From: Mobula hypostoma
Lineage: Eukaryota
Reading direction: 5' to 3'
Assembly (NCBI RefSeq): GCF_963921235.1
Contig: NC_086097.1
Span: forward strand, 203,362,001-203,426,000
DNA: 64,000 nt
A program made the position numbers and the translations under genes. Below the pieces are notes generated by a model. It searched no databases, was not told the origin of the DNA, and was given only the letters and a program-made list of their open reading frames with translations. This document shows positions 62,250-64,000 of the stretch, one piece after another; the first letter of the stretch is position 1; every line of letters begins with the position of its first letter.

Positions 62250-64000
62250 AGCTTGTTATTCCACTGATTGGACACCGGAGGGCAGCACCAACTGGAGAGG
62301 CCAGCCCCCAGCTCCGCACCGCCTCAGACGTGTCCTCTCCTGGACTGCGACTTGAAGTCTGGTCCTTGCTGTAACGGAGTCCGTGCAGCTCCCCCACTGA
62401 CTGTCTGTAGTAACCCCTTGTGACTTTTGCTGGGATCAACTAACAAAATATAAAATTTACCTTTATAATTTACAGCCCTGAGATTGAATTGCAGGAGAAG
62501 CGTATACCATAGTTAACGAACCCATCTGAAACTTACTCAATTACTATTTTGGAAGATGGTTTACCCACTTATTTTAAGAAAATTAAGGTCTTTTTTAAAA
62601 CGTTGGAGGGAGGAATTTCAGATGAATGTGCGAAGTATCCATATACAGCTTACTCACAACATGAATTCAGAGACTATAAAGAATCTTCTTGTATATTTGA
62701 GCAAAGAAAAGTGGAGATCAGGATTAGGCAAATCAAAGAGAAGGAAACAGTCAAAATTTAGCATTGTTGTTCAAAGGCACTGAGTCGACCTTTGACCCTT
62801 CAGTGAGATGAATTGTTTTCAATGTTTAGATTCTTATCTTAGCTGTACATACACCGTAAAGTGTTAATTGAGATGTTTGGAGTTACTTCTGAGAATTTAT
62901 TGTTCATTTTTCATATGAACAATCCTTCTTACATTAACGAAACCTTTCTTCAAAGGATTATAATAGAAATCCTTCCTCCTCTAGGGAGGTTAGTAAGTTA
63001 CAGCTGGATATTTTAAATTAATACAAATAAATGCTACTTTGAAAAGTACCTTAATATTGAGAAAAAAAAGATCTATCTTTCATTTTGAGGAGCTGGCATT
63101 CTAGGGCTCTGCGATAGCTGGCAATTGTTCCCCAGTGTCCTCTAGATGACACGGGCAATGTAGCCACAGGATTTTTCAGTGTCAGACTCGAGGAGAGGAA
63201 GTGGGTAATAAAACAAAAATCCAAACTGCTCACTAGAACTACTGACTCGGAGCTTGAGTTAATTGCATTAAAATGGGAAAGAATTTAAACTAACCTTTTT
63301 TTTCTCATCTAATTTGATCTTGTAAATTTGCCAGCTCTCCACTCTTGTTTATGAGGCAGTAACGGCATTTTTCTATCCAGTTCCTTTTGCCGATATGCTT
63401 TCAGCTACCTTCTGGAACTGGGCTGCTTGATAATGAAAGTTTCTTGCAGTTAAATGTTAGTTGTCATTAAGCTGATCTCGTGCGAGGGTGCCAGACTGCA
63501 ATGCTGGCAGATTCCTGACTCAGTTTCCATGAATGGCTGAAGGCTGTCTAATTCAGGTTCATCCTCACTTACTGATCTGGGCAAGGACTGGATTAAACAG
63601 TGTACATTACTCTGGGAAGTTGCTGATGTACAATGGCCCAAGGACTATTGCGGTTAGTGCTTCAGAAGCTTATCGTTAGATCCAGTCATCCAGATGGAGC
63701 GATGGCTGTGCATTTTTGCACTGGCGTCTCCTCTTGTCTGGAAATTAATGGTGCAGATTGTAGTTGGACTCCAGCATCTTTTTGGAAATTTAACATAAGG
63801 GTGGTATTGACACATAAAACTTAAGGCTGGAAAAGCAGATTTACCAGAGTGCATTTACTTGGAGCAAGTCTCATTTGGGTAATTGTAATATTCGATAACA
63901 GTGCTAAACAGGTGATGTTAGTTTGCCCAAGTATAACTAACCAGGATGTTGCCAATTGTACAGTACTGACAAAAGATAAAATTATTCATTGATTCAATTT

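Noticed and set aside
63450..63641. Minus-strand ORF ending HEISLMTTNI, possible last exon of a convergent gene
   Set aside because: An in-frame TAG lies just upstream, there is no polypyrimidine acceptor, and no family is recognisable.

Overview
Vertebrate, repeat-rich genomic DNA. The repeat content (V-SINE/HE1-type SINE, dense CR1 and Rex1 LINEs, Penelope pLTRs) suggests a cartilaginous fish, probably a ray; this is inference. One host gene is supportable: the last five coding exons (+ strand; 2801-2967, 34094-34273, 41161-41254, 45846-45938, 47951-48157) of a CLC chloride channel/antiporter of the ClC-6/7 branch, covering the final membrane helices and both CBS domains. All its splice sites are GT-AG and phase-compatible, and one intron is 31.1 kb. 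Most of the rest is nested transposons: CR1, Rex1/Babar and RTE LINEs, three SINE types, a Harbinger-type MITE, a Tc1-type MITE, a solo LTR with a 68-bp VNTR, and a fossil Gypsy gag-protease. The most interesting system is a young Penelope-like retroelement (open RT + GIY-YIG frame) whose 3' pLTR carries a minimal type-I hammerhead ribozyme. The window holds a series of its derivatives: 45-470 bp TSD-flanked micro-insertions, a fold-back copy hinged on the ribozyme core, and sense-strand intronic copies whose ribozyme is mutated. LINE boundaries are approximate, and family assignments come from motif recognition, not database searches.
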